Origin: an uncultured Gemmatimonadales bacterium
GTDB lineage: Bacteria > Gemmatimonadota > Gemmatimonadetes > Longimicrobiales > Longimicrobiaceae
Reading direction: 5' to 3'
Assembly: GCA_963716255.1 (NCBI GenBank)
Contig: OY970303.1
Coordinates: forward strand, 448,001 to 512,000
Length of the DNA: 64,000 nucleotides
A program made the position numbers and the translations under genes. This document shows positions 62,016 to 64,000 of this stretch, piece by piece (within the stretch, counting starts at the first letter, position 1; each line of letters opens with the position of its first letter). The notes under the pieces were generated by a model. The model saw only the letters and a list, made by a program, of their open reading frames with translations. It did not search any database and was not told the origin of the DNA.

Positions 62016-63784
62016 CGGAGGCGCTGGAGCGGCTGCTCCTGGGGCGGACCCTCGCCGGGCGGTACGAGATCCGCGGGGTGATCGGGCGCGGGGGGATGAG
62101 CGTGGTCTACAGCGGCACGGACGGGACGCTGGGCCGCCCCGTCGCGGTCAAGCTGATCTCCCTTCCGGCGGCGTCGGAGGACATGCGCGTCCACCTCCGG
62201 GAGCGCTTCCGCCGCGAGGCCGGCTCCGCGGCGCGCATCCCGCCGCACCCCAACGTGGTGCAGATCTACGACTACGGCACCGATCCCGAGCTGGACATCG
62301 ACTTCATCATCATGGAGCTGCTGGAGGGGCGCGACCTCAAGGAGGCGCTCGCCGTCTCCCCGCCCTCGCGCGACGAGGCGGTGCGCGTGCTCCGCGAGGC
62401 GGCGCGCGGCCTGTCCGCCGGGCACCGGGTGGGGATCGTGCACCGCGACGTGAAGCCGGCGAACGTGTTCCTCACGGGGCGCGACCGCTTCGAGTCGGTG
62501 CGCATCCTAGACTTCGGCATCGCGAAGCCGGTCACCGGCCGCCCCGGCGAGGACGACCTCACCCTGGGCGGGCAGCTCCCCCACTCCCCGGCGTACGCCT
62601 CGCCCGAGCAGGTGGACCCGGACCGCCCGGTGACCTTCGCGTCGGACGTGTACCAGCTGGGACTCATCGGCTACGAGCTGCTCTCGGGCGACCGCCCCTA
62701 CGACGACCGCGACCGCGAGCGCATTCGCGCCGGCGAGGAGGTGGCGCCGCGCGGCGGGCCGGAGTGGGAGGCGCTGCCGCCGCCGCTGCGGCACACCATC
62801 CTGCGCGCGCTGCGCACCCGCCCGGAGGACCGCTTCGCCGACGCGGCCGCCTTCGCCGAGGAGCTTTCCGCGGCCGCCGCGGACGACGACCGCACCATCC
62901 TGGAGGCGAGACCGACCGTCGCCGCGCCCGCCCCGCCGCCGGACGCGGTCGTGGCCGCGCCCGCCGCGGCGCCTCCCCGCGTGGAGCCGACCGCTCCGCG
63001 GCCCGCCGGGCCCCGTCCCGTGCCCCCGTCCGATCCGCTGCCGCCGGCGGCGGCGCCGCTCCCTCCGCCGTCCGCCGGCGCCGGGCCGGCGCGGCCGGCG
63101 CGCCGCTCCGGCGGCATGGGCAGGGTGCTGGCGGCGCTGGCCGCCGTGCTGGTGCTCGCCGGCCTGGTGTGGGCGATGACCCGCGGCGGCGACGAGGACG
63201 CGCCCGACCCCGCGCCCACCGCCGCCGCGGCGGGAGCCGACGCGCCCGCCGACACCGACGCGCTCGCCCGCGAGTTCGAGGGCGTGGAGGGCGAGGCCGC
63301 GCGCCGCGAGCTGGAGGGCGGCGCCGCCCCCGCGGGCGGCACGCCCCCAGCCACCCCGGGCGCCCCCGCGCGCGACGAGGCGGCGGAGCGGGCCGCGGCG
63401 GCCGCGGTGCAGCAGACGGTGGTGGCGCTCAACGACAGCTGGGTGAACGGAGACATGGACGCGCACCTGGCCCACTACGCCGAGCAGGTGGACTTCTACG
63501 GGGCCGAGGGCGCGCCGCGCAGCCGCATTCGCCGGGAGCGCGAGAACGACCTGCGCACCTTCAACCAGAACCGGCAGATCCGCGTCCTCCGCCAGGCGGT
63601 GACCTTTCCGGAACCGGGGCGGGCGCGGGCGCTGGTGGACAAGGAGTGGACGTTCGAGGGCGACCGGCAGCGGCGGACCGGAGCGGGACGGCAGGAGCTG
63701 ATCCTGGAGGAGCGCGGCGGCCGCTGGGTGGTGGTGTCCGAGAAGATGCTGGAGACGACCCGCTCGAAGGTGGACCGTCTGTAA
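62012..63784 (+). CDS. Second, paralogous Hanks-type Ser/Thr kinase with a TM helix and a similar C-terminal domain
   Basis: ATG 62012 overlaps the upstream stop (ATGA). IGRGGMSVVY, HRDVKPAN, DFGIA, YASPEQ and TM VLAALAAVLVLAGLVW. Confidence 0.92.
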   Translation: MTEALERLLLGRTLAGRYEIRGVIGRGGMSVVYSGTDGTLGRPVAVKLISLPAASEDMRVHLRERFRREAGSAARIPPHPNVVQIYDYGTDPELDIDFIIMELLEGRDLKEALAVSPPSRDEAVRVLREAARGLSAGHRVGIVHRDVKPANVFLTGRDRFESVRILDFGIAKPVTGRPGEDDLTLGGQLPHSPAYASPEQVDPDRPVTFASDVYQLGLIGYELLSGDRPYDDRDRERIRAGEEVAPRGGPEWEALPPPLRHTILRALRTRPEDRFADAAAFAEELSAAAADDDRTILEARPTVAAPAPPPDAVVAAPAAAPPRVEPTAPRPAGPRPVPPSDPLPPAAAPLPPPSAGAGPARPARRSGGMGRVLAALAAVLVLAGLVWAMTRGGDEDAPDPAPTAAAAGADAPADTDALAREFEGVEGEAARRELEGGAAPAGGTPPATPGAPARDEAAERAAAAAVQQTVVALNDSWVNGDMDAHLAHYAEQVDFYGAEGAPRSRIRRERENDLRTFNQNRQIRVLRQAVTFPEPGRARALVDKEWTFEGDRQRRTGAGRQELILEERGGRWVVVSEKMLETTRSKVDRL

Positions 63785-63802
63785 GAAGCTCTGATACTGC
63801 CG

Positions 63803-63937
63803 GGTTCGGGCGTGCCCCCGGCTGGCGCCGGGGTCGGGCTTCGGCTCCGTAAAGCACGATACTACCGTGCTTGACGGAGTCGAGCCCGCGCAAACAGCCG
63901 CGCGGTCTCGCCCCTTCGGGCCGAAATCCCTCACGCG
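63803..63937 (+). repeat. Structured intergenic repeat, family A, copy 3
   Basis: Matches copies 1 and 2, but the central hairpin has a different, compensated sequence. Confidence 0.9.
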
Positions 63938-63960
63938 GGGATGGCGCTGGCGTCCGCGGG

Positions 63961-64000
63961 GGCCCCCACCCGGCTCGCTTAGGCTCGCCACCCTCCCCCA
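63961..64000 (+). repeat. Family B palindromic element, cut by the window edge
   Basis: Near-identical to 25492-25528. Confidence 0.8.

Overview
Very GC-rich bacterial DNA. The style of the NRPS genes and repeats is compatible with a Gemmatimonadota/Longimicrobium-like organism, but that is inference only. About 52 kb (356-52708, minus strand) is one hybrid lipopeptide NRPS/PKS cluster. In transcription order it encodes FAAL-ACP-C-A-PCP-C, a SyrP/TauD-type beta-hydroxylase, an interface(C*)-A(Glu)-PCP module, a single PKS module with the order KS-AT-KR-DH-ACP-E*, a 2-module NRPS and a 5-module NRPS with no terminal TE. These are followed by an HmaS-like dioxygenase, a PLP aminotransferase (frameshifted as sequenced), an Ldh_2-type dehydrogenase, a type II TE, VioD/VioC-like capreomycidine enzymes, a cyclic-peptide ABC exporter and an unusual split SAM-methyltransferase-like protein. 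The protein termini suggest a non-colinear line in which the one PKS module is used twice. Several structured palindromic repeat families occur between genes and in-frame inside adenylation domains, including a covarying hairpin with an AAAC(T/A)GC(C) loop present six times. The right-hand 11 kb holds two lipoproteins, a lower-GC LRR-ROC-COR (Roco) gene beside tRNA-Ser(UGA), an L,D-transpeptidase and two tandem membrane Ser/Thr kinases. Domain boundaries and A-domain codes were read by eye and are approximate.
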